64,000 nt of DNA from Candidatus Metalachnospira gallinarum (GTDB taxonomy: Bacteria; Bacillota; Clostridia; Lachnospirales; Anaerotignaceae): assembly GCA_904387325.1 (NCBI GenBank), contig CAJFLG010000007.1, positions 4,069 through 68,068 of the forward strand, written 5' to 3'. A program made the translations under genes and the position numbers. The stretch's first letter is position 1. Every line of letters begins with the position of its first letter. Positions 29,821-39,406 of this stretch are shown here, piece by piece. A model generated the notes under the pieces. That model saw only the letters and a program-made list of their open reading frames with translations, searched no databases and was not told the DNA's origin.

Positions 29821-30270
29821 TCAAAACAGTCTTTCACTGTCCAGAAGGATCGTTACCGGACCGTCGTTAACAAGCTCAACCTTCATATGCGTTCTGAAAA
29901 CTCCGCTTTCCACCTTAAGCGGATAACCTTTGGCCTTTTCAACGAGCCTTTCAAAAATGCTGTCCGCCTCATCGGGAGAAGCCGCGGCGAAGTAACTCGG
30001 TCTCCTGCCCTTTCTGGCGTCCCCGTAAAGGGTGAAATTCGGCACAAGCAGCAGTCCTCCTCCGGTATCGAGCACGGAAAGGTTCAGCTTATCATTCTCG
30101 TCCTCATATATTCTCAGATTGACGAGTTTTTCAAGCATATAGTCCATGACCTTTTCGTCATCATTTGGCAGTATGCCCACAAGAACCATAAGGCCGTTCC
30201 CTATTTCGCCTCTTATCTCTCCGTCCACGCTTACGCTTGCTCTCTCCACCTTCTGTATGACCATTCTCAT
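29821..30270 (-). CDS. dtd: D-aminoacyl-tRNA deacylase
   Basis: 149 aa. MRMVIQKVERASV...GLMVLVG...SQFTLYGD-like...GRRPS motifs. Confidence 0.95.
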   Translation of the reverse strand: MRMVIQKVERASVSVDGEIRGEIGNGLMVLVGILPNDDEKVMDYMLEKLVNLRIYEDENDKLNLSVLDTGGGLLLVPNFTLYGDARKGRRPSYFAAASPDEADSIFERLVEKAKGYPLKVESGVFRTHMKVELVNDGPVTILLDSERLF

Positions 30271-30282
30271 AAATCGTACCCC

Positions 30283-32568
30283 TTATGAATTAACTCTTTC
30301 TATATCCTCCACGCCTTTGACATTCTTAAGATGGGTGCATACCTTCTCAAGCTGCTCCTTGCTCGTTATCTCAAGCACGATATTGACAATGGAGAGCATA
30401 TCCTTCGTCGTTCTGGCGTTGAAAGATTTTACCGGGAGGTTCTCTTCGGCCAAAACCTTGCTAAGATCAAGTATCATATTGTTTCTGTCCACGCAGAGGA
30501 GTCTGATCTCGGCCTGGAACGAAAGGGATGGAGCCGTTCCGTCCTTCCTTGTGATCTCCCACTCGGCGTCAATGAGCCTGTGTCTGTCCTCCTCCGGCAG
30601 ATTTATTATATTTGAGCAGTCCGTCCTGTGGATGGAAACGCCCCTGCCTCTTGTTACGAATCCGATTATCTCGTCTCCGGGAACGGGGTTGCAGCATCTT
30701 GAAAATCTTACGCTTACGTCTCCTATTCCCTTTACAACGACTCCGCTGTCACTCTTTTTGGAGGATTTCGCGTTGGCCTTTTCCTCCATCTTTTTGAGCA
30801 CGTCCTCGGCGCTCTGATTCTTTTTCTGTTCCTTCTTGTATTCCTCAATAAAACGGTTTATGACCTGGCCTTCCTTTACTCCGCCATGTCCAACGGCAGC
30901 GCATAGGGCGTCCCAGTCTTTAAATCCGAATTTGTTTACTACTATCTCTACCCATTCAGGCTTGGCAAGATCGGAGAAAGAATAATTCTTCTTCTTGGCG
31001 TCGGCTATTATAAGCTCCTTGCCCCTGACGATGTTTTCTTCCTTGAACTCCTTTTTGAACCACTGGTTGATTTTTGTTCTCGCCGTGGAGCTCTTTACAA
31101 GGGAAAGCCAGTCTCTGCTGGGGCCCCTTGAGTTCTGGGAAGTCAGTATCTCTACGATGTCACCGTTTTGTATCTTGTAATCGAATGTAACGATCTTGTT
31201 GTTTACCCTCGCTCCGACCATCTTGTTTCCTACGGCCGAATGAATGGCGTAGGCGAAGTCAATGGGCGTAGAGCCGTTGGGAAGGGGTATTACCTTGCCC
31301 TGCGGCGTAAAGGCGTATACCGAGTCGTTGAATATGTTAAGGTCCAGCTTGAGGGCGGCCATAAATTCCTTGTTATCCGACAGATCCCTCTGCCACTCAA
31401 GTATCTGTCTCAGCCACGCCATCTTTTCGGCTTCTTTGTCCTTAGACGTATCCCCTGATTTGCCTTCCTTGTATTTCCAATGCGCCGCTATACCATATTC
31501 GCTTGTACGGTGCATCTCCCATGTTCTTATCTGCACCTCGAAAGGTTCTCCCGTAGGGCCGATAAGAGTATTATGGAGAGACTGATACATATTGGGCTTA
31601 GGCATGGCTATATAGTCCTTGAAACGTCCCGGAACGGGCTTATACATATCATGGACTATTCCCAGACAGGCGTAGCAGTCCCTTACGGTATCAACGATTA
31701 TCCTGACAGCGAAAAGGTCGTATATCTGATCAAGTGTTTTGTTCTGATTGACCATCTTTTTATAAATACTGAAAAAGTGCTTACTTCTTCCGTAAACGGT
31801 ACCTTTGATGCCAGACTCGTCAATTTTGGCTTTGATCTCCTCAACGATCTGGTTTACATACCTTTCCCTCTCGGATTTCTTTTTCTCTATCTTATGCTTA
31901 AGGTCATAATACGCGTCGGGATTAAGATATTTAAAGCAGAGATCTTCCATCTCCGTGCGTATTTTCGATATACCGAGCCTGTGAGCCAAAGGAGCGTATA
32001 TGTCCAATGTCTCCTGAGCCTTCTCCCGCTGCTTTTCCTCGGTCATATAGTTGAGGGTGCGCATATTATGGAGCCTGTCGGCAAGCTTGATAAGTATTAC
32101 CCTTATGTCCTTGGCCATGGCCAGAAACATTTTCCTGTAGTTTTCTGCCTGTATTTCTTCCTTCGTCGTATAGGAAAGTTTTCCCAGCTTTGTAACACCG
32201 TCAACAAGAACCGCCACTTCCTCGCCGAAAAGATTTTTTATGTCGTCATAGGTATACGGCGTATCCTCTATTGTGTCGTGGAGTATTCCTGCGACTATGG
32301 TCTCCATGTCAAGCTCCAGCTCCGCCAGTATTATTGCCACCTTGAGCGGGTGGATTATATACGGCTCTCCGGATTTTCTCTTCTGATCCTTATGAGCCTC
32401 CTTGGCAAGATCATATGCTTTCTTAAGCATGGAAAAGTTATCCGTAGGATGATATTGTTTAATTTTTTCTACTAACTGTTCATATAATTCATCTGGTGTT
32501 TCCACAGGCGTCAACTCCCCCACTGGCGGCAGTTTGTTATCTATGTAAAAAAAAGAACACTGCTCCAT
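30283..32568 (-). CDS. relA: Bifunctional (p)ppGpp synthetase/hydrolase (RelA/SpoT homolog)
   Basis: HD domain (RKSGEPYIIHP...HDTIEDT), synthetase domain, TGS and ACT regions. The ATG at 32568 has no RBS. A GTG at 32503-32505 preceded by GGGGAG is an alternative start. Confidence 0.9.
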   Translation of the reverse strand: MEQCSFFYIDNKLPPVGELTPVETPDELYEQLVEKIKQYHPTDNFSMLKKAYDLAKEAHKDQKRKSGEPYIIHPLKVAIILAELELDMETIVAGILHDTIEDTPYTYDDIKNLFGEEVAVLVDGVTKLGKLSYTTKEEIQAENYRKMFLAMAKDIRVILIKLADRLHNMRTLNYMTEEKQREKAQETLDIYAPLAHRLGISKIRTEMEDLCFKYLNPDAYYDLKHKIEKKKSERERYVNQIVEEIKAKIDESGIKGTVYGRSKHFFSIYKKMVNQNKTLDQIYDLFAVRIIVDTVRDCYACLGIVHDMYKPVPGRFKDYIAMPKPNMYQSLHNTLIGPTGEPFEVQIRTWEMHRTSEYGIAAHWKYKEGKSGDTSKDKEAEKMAWLRQILEWQRDLSDNKEFMAALKLDLNIFNDSVYAFTPQGKVIPLPNGSTPIDFAYAIHSAVGNKMVGARVNNKIVTFDYKIQNGDIVEILTSQNSRGPSRDWLSLVKSSTARTKINQWFKKEFKEENIVRGKELIIADAKKKNYSFSDLAKPEWVEIVVNKFGFKDWDALCAAVGHGGVKEGQVINRFIEEYKKEQKKNQSAEDVLKKMEEKANAKSSKKSDSGVVVKGIGDVSVRFSRCCNPVPGDEIIGFVTRGRGVSIHRTDCSNIINLPEEDRHRLIDAEWEITRKDGTAPSLSFQAEIRLLCVDRNNMILDLSKVLAEENLPVKSFNARTTKDMLSIVNIVLEITSKEQLEKVCTHLKNVKGVEDIERVNS

Positions 32569-32775
32569 ATTAAATATGTTTAAGATGTATTATATATTTT
32601 TTTTGATTTTTTTCAAGTATACTGCTGAAATTATTGACATTTTTTGTTTAGAAAAATCATTTTTTATCCTTTCTGGCGCAAATTTTTTATAATTTCTTTA
32701 AAAGTCTTTTTGTGTTATAATTTATATCAGTAATTATATCCTATGAAATACATCGTTAAACGGAGAATAAAATCT

Positions 32776-33495
32776 ATGAAGATCCAGAAACTCCTCAGCT
32801 ACACAAGACAGGCGGTAAATGACTATAATATGATATCGGCTGGCGACAGAATCGCCGTCGGCGTTTCCGGAGGAAAGGACAGTATATGCCTTCTGACGGC
32901 GCTGGCGCAGATGAGACGCTTTTTCCCCCTGCCATTTGAGGTAGAGGCAATAACCGTCTGCCTCGGCTTTGAGGGGGCTGATTACAGCGGTATAGCCCAA
33001 TACTGCCGGGAGCTTGGCGTAAGATATACCGTTGTTGAAACGTCCATCGGCGAGATAGTGTTTGAACGCAAAAAGGAGGACAATCCCTGCTCTCTCTGCG
33101 CTAAAATGCGAAAAGGCGCCCTTAACTCCGCCGCCGAGGAGCTTGGCTGCAATAAGATCGCCCTCGGCCACAACAAGGACGACGTGATAGAAACATTTTT
33201 GATGTCGCTCATTTATGAAGGCAGGATAAACTGCTTCTCGCCCGTCAGCTTTCTTGAGCGCAAAAAGCTCTATTCCATACGCCCGCTTATATATGTTTCC
33301 GAATACGAGACCGAAAGCCTTGTAAAAAGCCTTGGGGTCGCTCCCGTAAAAAATCCCTGCCCGGCCGACGGAAACACTAAGCGTCAGGAAATAAAAGAGC
33401 TTATAAAAAGTCTTTCAAAGATCTACCCAACCATTAGGGAAAATATATTCGGCGCTGTCTCAAGGGGACTTGACGACTGGAAAAGAGGTAATTGA
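32776..33495 (+). CDS. PP-loop ATPase, tRNA 2-thiocytidine (TtcA)-like
   Basis: VGVSGGKDS PP-loop motif and CSLCAKMRKG. The start was chosen at MKIQKLLSYTRQAVNDYNMI (GGAGA upstream). The track ORF begins at 32743. Confidence 0.75.
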   Translation: MKIQKLLSYTRQAVNDYNMISAGDRIAVGVSGGKDSICLLTALAQMRRFFPLPFEVEAITVCLGFEGADYSGIAQYCRELGVRYTVVETSIGEIVFERKKEDNPCSLCAKMRKGALNSAAEELGCNKIALGHNKDDVIETFLMSLIYEGRINCFSPVSFLERKKLYSIRPLIYVSEYETESLVKSLGVAPVKNPCPADGNTKRQEIKELIKSLSKIYPTIRENIFGAVSRGLDDWKRGN

Positions 33496-33496
33496 T

Positions 33497-34573
33497 ATGG
33501 AAAACAATATGAGCTATGCCGATGAGGAAAAAATTAAAAATACGGCTCATCTGAAGGGGCTGCTGGAGCAGCTTCCTCCCTTCTGTTATACCTATTTCAG
33601 GGGCATTGCCCAGACAACGTCCGTGAAAACAAGGATGGGCTATGCCTATGACCTGAAAATATTTTTCGGTTTTCTATGCGAAAGACACAAACATTTCAAA
33701 GGCATAAAATTTGAGGATATCCGCCCGGAGGATCTGGACTATGTCAAATCAACGGACATTGAGGAATTTCTGGATTATGTGTCCATATATGTTCCATATG
33801 ACGATGAGAGCGGCAAAAACAAAGGGCCTAAGATACTTAACAACGAGTGCGCCAAGTCAAGAAAACTGGCCGCCGTCAGAGGAATGTATAAATATTATCT
33901 GCGAAAGGGTCTTATAACAAAGGATCCCGCCGCACTTGTGGAAACACCGAAAATCCACGACAAAAACATAATCCGGCTTGAGGCCAACGAGGTGGCCAAT
34001 CTCCTTGACGAGGTGGAAAACGGCGATAATCTTACGGACAGACAGCAGAAATTCCACGAAAAAACAAAAATAAGGGATCTTGCCATCATATCGACCCTTG
34101 TCGGCACAGGAATACGAGTGTCCGAATGTGTGGGGCTCAATGTGGACGACATAGATTTTGAAAGTTACTCATTTATGATAACAAGGAAGGGCGGCAAGCA
34201 GGCCCAGATATATTTCGGCGATGAGGTGGCCGAAGCCCTCGCGGACTATATAGGCTACAGAAAGGAGCATCCCCCTGCCGACGAGAACGACAAAGCGCTT
34301 TTTCTGTCCAACAGGGGCAAACGCATATCCGTAAGGCAGGTTGAACTTATGGTCAAAAAATATGCCCAAACGGCCGTAAAACTCAAAAAAATAACGCCCC
34401 ATAAACTCAGGAGCACCTTCGGCACAAATCTCTATCTTGAGACAGGAGACATATATCTGGTGGCGGATGTTCTCGGCCACGCCGACGTCAATACCACAAG
34501 AAAGCATTATACGGCAACTGAAATAGAGCTCAAGCGAAAGGCCGCAAGAAAGATCAATCTCAGAAAGGACTGA
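33497..34573 (+). CDS. Tyrosine-type site-specific recombinase (XerC/XerD-like)
   Basis: An N-terminal SAM-like domain precedes the catalytic residues: R (GIRVSE), HKLRSTF and GHADVNTTRKHY. AAGAGGT RBS lies before the ATG at 33497. Confidence 0.85.
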   Translation: MENNMSYADEEKIKNTAHLKGLLEQLPPFCYTYFRGIAQTTSVKTRMGYAYDLKIFFGFLCERHKHFKGIKFEDIRPEDLDYVKSTDIEEFLDYVSIYVPYDDESGKNKGPKILNNECAKSRKLAAVRGMYKYYLRKGLITKDPAALVETPKIHDKNIIRLEANEVANLLDEVENGDNLTDRQQKFHEKTKIRDLAIISTLVGTGIRVSECVGLNVDDIDFESYSFMITRKGGKQAQIYFGDEVAEALADYIGYRKEHPPADENDKALFLSNRGKRISVRQVELMVKKYAQTAVKLKKITPHKLRSTFGTNLYLETGDIYLVADVLGHADVNTTRKHYTATEIELKRKAARKINLRKD

Positions 34574-34577
34574 TACC

Positions 34578-35201
34578 ATGCCCGATATTAATTCCGATTA
34601 TATATCTCAAAAACTCAAAGCCCATACTCCGGCTCCGGAAGGCGTATTCCGTCACAGCGCCGTGCTTATACCGATATTTGAAACTGAGAGAGGCTATGAG
34701 CTTTTGTTTTGCAAGCGTTCTATGACATTAAGGCGCCAGCCCGGCGACGTTTGTTTCCCCGGCGGAGGCCGCGACGGAGACGAAACAAATCTTGAGACCG
34801 CCCTCAGAGAAACTTGGGAGGAAACGGGAATACCCGCGGAAAACATTGAGATACTCGGTCAGACAGACTATGTGATAACATCCTACGGCGCGGTCATAAC
34901 GCCTTTTGTCGGCCTTATAAAAAACACCTCTCCCGACCGTCTGAGGATAAATCCCGACGAGGTTGAGGAGACATTTCTCGTGCCGCTTAGTTTCTTTTTG
35001 AACCGTGAGCCCGAGACTCATTATGTTTATATAAACATCGAGGTTCCCGACGACTTCCCCTTTGAACATATCGTCGGAGGCAGAAATTACGGCTGGAGCA
35101 AGGGCAGACAGCCCGAGTTGTTTTACTTCTACCGCCATCAGGTAATCTGGGGCTTTACGGCAAGGGTCGTGAAAAATTTATGTTCCATACTTAAGCAGTG
35201 A
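34578..35201 (+). CDS. NUDIX hydrolase, CoA pyrophosphatase-like
   Basis: 207 aa. Nudix box GGGRDGDETNLETALRETWEETGI. Confidence 0.8.
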   Translation: MPDINSDYISQKLKAHTPAPEGVFRHSAVLIPIFETERGYELLFCKRSMTLRRQPGDVCFPGGGRDGDETNLETALRETWEETGIPAENIEILGQTDYVITSYGAVITPFVGLIKNTSPDRLRINPDEVEETFLVPLSFFLNREPETHYVYINIEVPDDFPFEHIVGGRNYGWSKGRQPELFYFYRHQVIWGFTARVVKNLCSILKQ

Positions 35202-35206
35202 CACAC

Positions 35207-35232
35207 CCCCTCCTATTCGGAGGGGATTTTTT
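35207..35232 (+). terminator. Rho-independent terminator after the Nudix gene
   Basis: CCCCTCC-TATTC-GGAGGGG followed by ATTTTTT. Confidence 0.65.
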
Positions 35233-35414
35233 CAAAATATAGGAAAGCAATAGGAAAAATATTGTTCCTTTCCATTATATATTGTATAATATAGTAAAAG
35301 TATTCTATTATATCAAAATTTTTGAAATAAAATATCGTTATTGTTACCCTGAATCCGAAGATCTGCGGTTCGCTGTGTATAACAGTATGCAGCTATTAAG
35401 TGAGAGTGAGATGT

Positions 35415-36278
35415 ATGAAAAAAATTTTATTTCTTCTTATACTACTGACAGCGGTAAATTTATCATCCTGTTCAGGCAAACCGAACAGTAATAGCGACCT
35501 TGTCCCGAATGTTGAAGCCGTTGAGCTTGGTTCATTCACCGAATATGATCTGATAAAAGAGCTTCAGACGATGGATAACGATAGGCTTTCGGAACTTGGC
35601 TATACGGATAATGAAATCAGCGAAATATACTCCATTGATTTTAAAAAAATCGTTGAGGCCGCAAAAGAAAAACGATATGAAACCTTAAAAAACAGCGGAT
35701 ATACAGATGAGGACATTAAAGTCATTTACGGTGATGACATTGACGCGGCAGCCAGGACCTTATCGGCAGAGTTGATTTGCCGTTGTGAAATAACCGGCCT
35801 CAGCTACAGTCCCCTGATGGACAGGACATACGCTGACGTTGAATTTGCGTGGAAATGGAACAAGTGCCCTATGATCACATTTACCGACATTATAGGCATC
35901 TATGTTTCAAACCGGATGTATATAGATAAATCAAAAGTTTTTGTAAGATATTATGAGGATGGCGACTGGGACTCATACTCTCAGACCAAAACATATTGTT
36001 TTGAGCCTGCCGGCGTTACAAGCCTTGCGGAATGTTCATTTGATATTAATCTATTCAAGTTCCCAAGCGTTCAAAAATCGGAGGTCGCTCTGGAAGGCAA
36101 GGCGTTATGCCGCTGGAAACTTGATGAAAAATTACAGGACATTTATGTCGTAGCCAAGTATGGACACTCCGTAATTCCATGTTCCCCGGATTTGGCTGTG
36201 TCTGACGGTAATTTAGTATTTGCTCCATATATCGGTGTGTCGGAGGCAGGAATGGATTTAGATTACATAAAAAAATAA
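35415..36278 (+). CDS. Hypothetical lipoprotein
   Basis: MKKILFLLILLTAVNLSSC is a signal peptide with a lipobox. The mature part has no recognisable family. Confidence 0.6.
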   Translation: MKKILFLLILLTAVNLSSCSGKPNSNSDLVPNVEAVELGSFTEYDLIKELQTMDNDRLSELGYTDNEISEIYSIDFKKIVEAAKEKRYETLKNSGYTDEDIKVIYGDDIDAAARTLSAELICRCEITGLSYSPLMDRTYADVEFAWKWNKCPMITFTDIIGIYVSNRMYIDKSKVFVRYYEDGDWDSYSQTKTYCFEPAGVTSLAECSFDINLFKFPSVQKSEVALEGKALCRWKLDEKLQDIYVVAKYGHSVIPCSPDLAVSDGNLVFAPYIGVSEAGMDLDYIKK

Positions 36279-36306
36279 ATTCTATTTTCACATTTTAAAT
36301 TAGCAA

Positions 36307-36356
36307 AACCGAGGTCAAGCATCCACAGCGGATTCCAGCCTCGGTTATTTTTTTAT
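36307..36356 (+). terminator. Terminator between convergent genes
   Basis: AACCGAGG ... CCTCGGTT followed by ATTTTTTTATTTTTT. Confidence 0.55.
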
Positions 36357-36426
36357 TTTTTATATGAAATTCACTTTATTTTGTACGCAGATTTTTTCAT
36401 ATAGTTTATTAACTTTTCAGTCTATA

Positions 36427-37386
36427 TCATTTTATAATGTATCGGTTCAGCGTCTCATAAACGATATCTCCGTTTGCGTATACGGTCGTTACGTCAAACA
36501 CTTCCCTGCCGACAGCCGGAACAAAATGCCTGTCAACTCTCTGGCTTATGACCTCACGGCTTGAGCCGTCAGCTTCGAGCGCCATTTTCTTGAGTTCATC
36601 CTCGGTAATGTTTCCATCGACTACAGCTTCACCGGCGGCATTGTAAATTTCTCCGCCGATGGCCGTTATTTCCACCCGGTCATTGTATACGGCCGCGAAA
36701 TATCCCAAATTCGTCTCTATTTCGTCCACCGTATATTTATAAATAACAAACCGTTCGGCATCGGAGTTTTCTTCCGTCTCCACTATCTTTTTAGTAAAAT
36801 TATCCGCCGAAAACTCCGCGTCCATCGTTTTTATGCAGTTTTCCACATATTTATCGTCAGCGCATCCTTCCGTTTGGAAAACATCCGATTTTTCCTTTGA
36901 AATGTTCAAAATCACGTTTCCTTCGGCAAATGATACGCCGATATTTTCAACGCCGTAATATTTCAGCGCTGTCTCAACGGGGATATAAAGCCTGTCGCCG
37001 ATTATTACATTTCTTACTTCCTGCGCTTCTCTTTTGCCGTTTACGTCGGAGAAGCTCTCGCCGGCCGCCGATGATATGGTAAACGCTTTGCCGTCCTCGT
37101 TTCGCGCGGCGGTAAACAGCTTTCTTTCGCCATCCCAGGAAATATCGGATTCGTCATAGTTTCCGCCGGCATACAAGTCTATATATCTGGCCGGTATAAG
37201 GACATTTCCGTTTTCATCGGTCACAGCTCCTTCTCCATCGTGACCCATATATATCCCGTCAATATATACGCCCGCCGTACCGGGAACTATGGTCGTTCCA
37301 CGCTCGGCGATATATGCCGCGTAGGCGCTGAACGGCGTAAGCGAAACCAAAGTTAAGGCGATGGCTATAACTTTTAACCGTCTCAT
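36427..37386 (-). CDS. Hypothetical secreted protein
   Basis: 319 aa. Signal peptide MRRLKVIAIALTLVSLTPFSAYA. AGGAGG RBS. A central segment (GDRLYIPVETALKYYG) resembles copper-amine-oxidase-N/stalk-type domains. Confidence 0.6.
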   Translation of the reverse strand: MRRLKVIAIALTLVSLTPFSAYAAYIAERGTTIVPGTAGVYIDGIYMGHDGEGAVTDENGNVLIPARYIDLYAGGNYDESDISWDGERKLFTAARNEDGKAFTISSAAGESFSDVNGKREAQEVRNVIIGDRLYIPVETALKYYGVENIGVSFAEGNVILNISKEKSDVFQTEGCADDKYVENCIKTMDAEFSADNFTKKIVETEENSDAERFVIYKYTVDEIETNLGYFAAVYNDRVEITAIGGEIYNAAGEAVVDGNITEDELKKMALEADGSSREVISQRVDRHFVPAVGREVFDVTTVYANGDIVYETLNRYIIK

Positions 37387-37398
37387 ATCCGTCCTCCT

Positions 37399-38175
37399 TT
37401 ACAGAGCAAAGGTCTGTCCCATTATCTCTACACTGTCAATATTGTTTATATCGACCATATCGTCGAAATTGATTATCGTCACTGCCGAACCGTCGCTTTC
37501 AGTTGAAGTTGACTTGTCCGTTGTCTGCGAAACCTCGTCTCTGCCGCCGTCCTTATAGTTAAGGGCTACGCTTCCGAGATCTGCGTCATTCTCGCAGTTA
37601 TATTTTAAAACTATGGAAGTCTGGCCTACAACGCACTCTGTAAGCTCTATACCGTCTATCTTCGCTCCGGCAACATTTACCGCTGCCGCCGTCTTATCGC
37701 TTCCGACAACGCAGTTGAGCATCCAGCTTCCCTCGGCGCAGCTTACAAATTCTTCGCCCTCAAAATATCCGTAGTTCTCAAGCTCAAGCCAGTAATTGCC
37801 CGCCGGAACACCTCCGTCAAAGCTGTACTCCAGCTTCCAAACATCGTCCTGGCCGTTGGACGAATAAAGCTCGGAACCGATAAATTCGCATACGGCGTCC
37901 CCTCCGTCGGCGCTCAAAAGAGAAACTTTCTCAAATTCCATATCCGTTGCCGGTCTTTCGGGCTCGGGAAGGCTGACCTGATACATAATCACCATTTCAT
38001 CATCTTCTATGCCCGCGCCGGTTACTTTAACATTGAAATTTATCGGCACGTTTGAAACAGCCTCCTGCGCCTCCAAGTCTGTTTTTTCGGTGTCTTCGTT
38101 AGTCCCGGAGCATCCAGAAAGGCATAACGCCGCAGAAAATCCGATTATCGCCGCTGTGTTTAAAAATTTCTTCAT
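37399..38175 (-). CDS. Hypothetical lipoprotein
   Basis: MKKFLNTAAIIGFSAALCLSGC lipobox. AAGGAG lies 8 nt before the ATG at 38173-38175. Confidence 0.6.
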   Translation of the reverse strand: MKKFLNTAAIIGFSAALCLSGCSGTNEDTEKTDLEAQEAVSNVPINFNVKVTGAGIEDDEMVIMYQVSLPEPERPATDMEFEKVSLLSADGGDAVCEFIGSELYSSNGQDDVWKLEYSFDGGVPAGNYWLELENYGYFEGEEFVSCAEGSWMLNCVVGSDKTAAAVNVAGAKIDGIELTECVVGQTSIVLKYNCENDADLGSVALNYKDGGRDEVSQTTDKSTSTESDGSAVTIINFDDMVDINNIDSVEIMGQTFAL

Positions 38176-38245
38176 AGCTAACACTCCTTGATCTGAAATA
38201 TTATATGATTTTCACGTTAAAAGTTCAGTAATATTACTTGATTTA

Positions 38246-38307
38246 ATTATCTCACAACAATATTTTGATTTCAATATTTTCCAGATAATCTTAATAATTA
38301 TTTAAAA
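38246..38307 (-). promoter_or_regulatory. Candidate promoter A plus 39-bp upstream element (copy A)
   Basis: Minus strand: TTGAAA (38269-38274), 17 nt, GATAAT (38246-38251) preceded by TGA. The -35 box is the end of the 39-bp repeat at 38269-38307. Confidence 0.45.
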
Positions 38308-38405
38308 TATTTGTCAGAATTTTAAATAATTTACACGATAATCAGCCAAAAAACAGCTTCCCGAAGCGGCTCCGCTGACATTCTCATACCGTTTCCTGCG
38401 CCACG

Positions 38406-38467
38406 ATTATCGCATGGAAAGACAGGAGTTTCAATATTTTTCGGATGATCTTAATAAATATTTAAAA
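38406..38467 (-). promoter_or_regulatory. Candidate promoter B plus 39-bp upstream element (copy B)
   Basis: Minus strand: TTGAAA (38429-38434), 17 nt, GATAAT (38406-38411). The repeat at 38429-38467 is 35/39 identical to copy A with no indels, exactly 160 bp away. Confidence 0.45.
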
Positions 38468-38529
38468 AGCTGCTTATAAAAATACAGCGCCCTGTTATTA
38501 AGCAGGACGCCTTATTTCTGGTATTTACT

Positions 38530-39393
38530 TTAACTTTCTTCCTCCGGAAGCACTTCAAAAATTATTGCTTTGCCAAATGATATATCAAGTTGGTCCATAC
38601 CTACTGTTACATCAATGTAATCCTTTCCTTTGTATGAAAAGGTCCAAGAGCTTGTATCATCGTAATGATGCGGCTGGGAATAATAGTTCCACGCCCGCCG
38701 TTCCGCCTCAGTCATAAGCTCCCTGCTGAATATTGGCCTGTGAATATTGAGTTCTGCCGCTTCTTCATCCGACAGGTCTCCTAAATACTCCATATATTCT
38801 TCATGCACTTCTGTTCCTTCTTTAATGGGCAGCATTTTGAGCCTTTCGCTTACGTCCGAGATATGAAGCTGCATATTTTCATCGTAATAGCTGTAATATC
38901 CGATGGCATCGGTCAAATCTTTCAGTCTTATATACAGCGTCCCTTCACAGTTAAAACCGCTTTCAAAATATTCGCTGTTTTTAAGCGCCGTAATCTCCTT
39001 ATCGCCAAGATAGACCGGCGTTTTATTTTGGTTTACCGTAACGTCTCTCGCGCCGAATCTTATTACATCGGCTTTATTTTCCGTCTCCGTTCCGATTATG
39101 GAAATAACGTTTTTTCCGCCGTCATAGATCACCGTTCTGCCAAGCATTTCCGCCACATTCCTCAGGGGAACATATATCTTTTCTTTGCTGTAGAACACAT
39201 CGCAGTTTATTCTGTCCTCGCCGTACCATATAGTAAGCGGGATCATATTTACGACTGAGCTCCTCTGCACTGAATACTTTTCATATTGCTCCATGGAAAG
39301 GCCATAGGTCTGTTCCCCGGCCTGTGCCGTATAGGCTGAGCCAATGAGCATAATTGATATTAACAGGGCGCATTTTAATTTTGAAGCTTTCAT
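38530..39393 (-). CDS. Hypothetical secreted protein with a copper-amine-oxidase-N (stalk)-like domain
   Basis: 287 aa with a signal peptide ending AQA. KIYVPLRNVAEMLGRTVIYDGGKNVISI resembles the stalk domain. Starts 13 nt after the upstream gene. Confidence 0.6.
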   Translation of the reverse strand: MKASKLKCALLISIMLIGSAYTAQAGEQTYGLSMEQYEKYSVQRSSVVNMIPLTIWYGEDRINCDVFYSKEKIYVPLRNVAEMLGRTVIYDGGKNVISIIGTETENKADVIRFGARDVTVNQNKTPVYLGDKEITALKNSEYFESGFNCEGTLYIRLKDLTDAIGYYSYYDENMQLHISDVSERLKMLPIKEGTEVHEEYMEYLGDLSDEEAAELNIHRPIFSRELMTEAERRAWNYYSQPHHYDDTSSWTFSYKGKDYIDVTVGMDQLDISFGKAIIFEVLPEEES

Positions 39394-39406
39394 TTTTGTA
39401 CCTTCT

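Noticed and set aside
33497-34573. Tyrosine recombinase as a marker of an integrated mobile element or prophage.
   Set aside because: It is flanked by housekeeping genes (a TtcA-like gene and a Nudix gene) at 1-4 nt spacing. I saw no att-like direct repeats, tRNA gene, phage genes or conjugation genes. It is most likely a chromosomal Xer-type recombinase.
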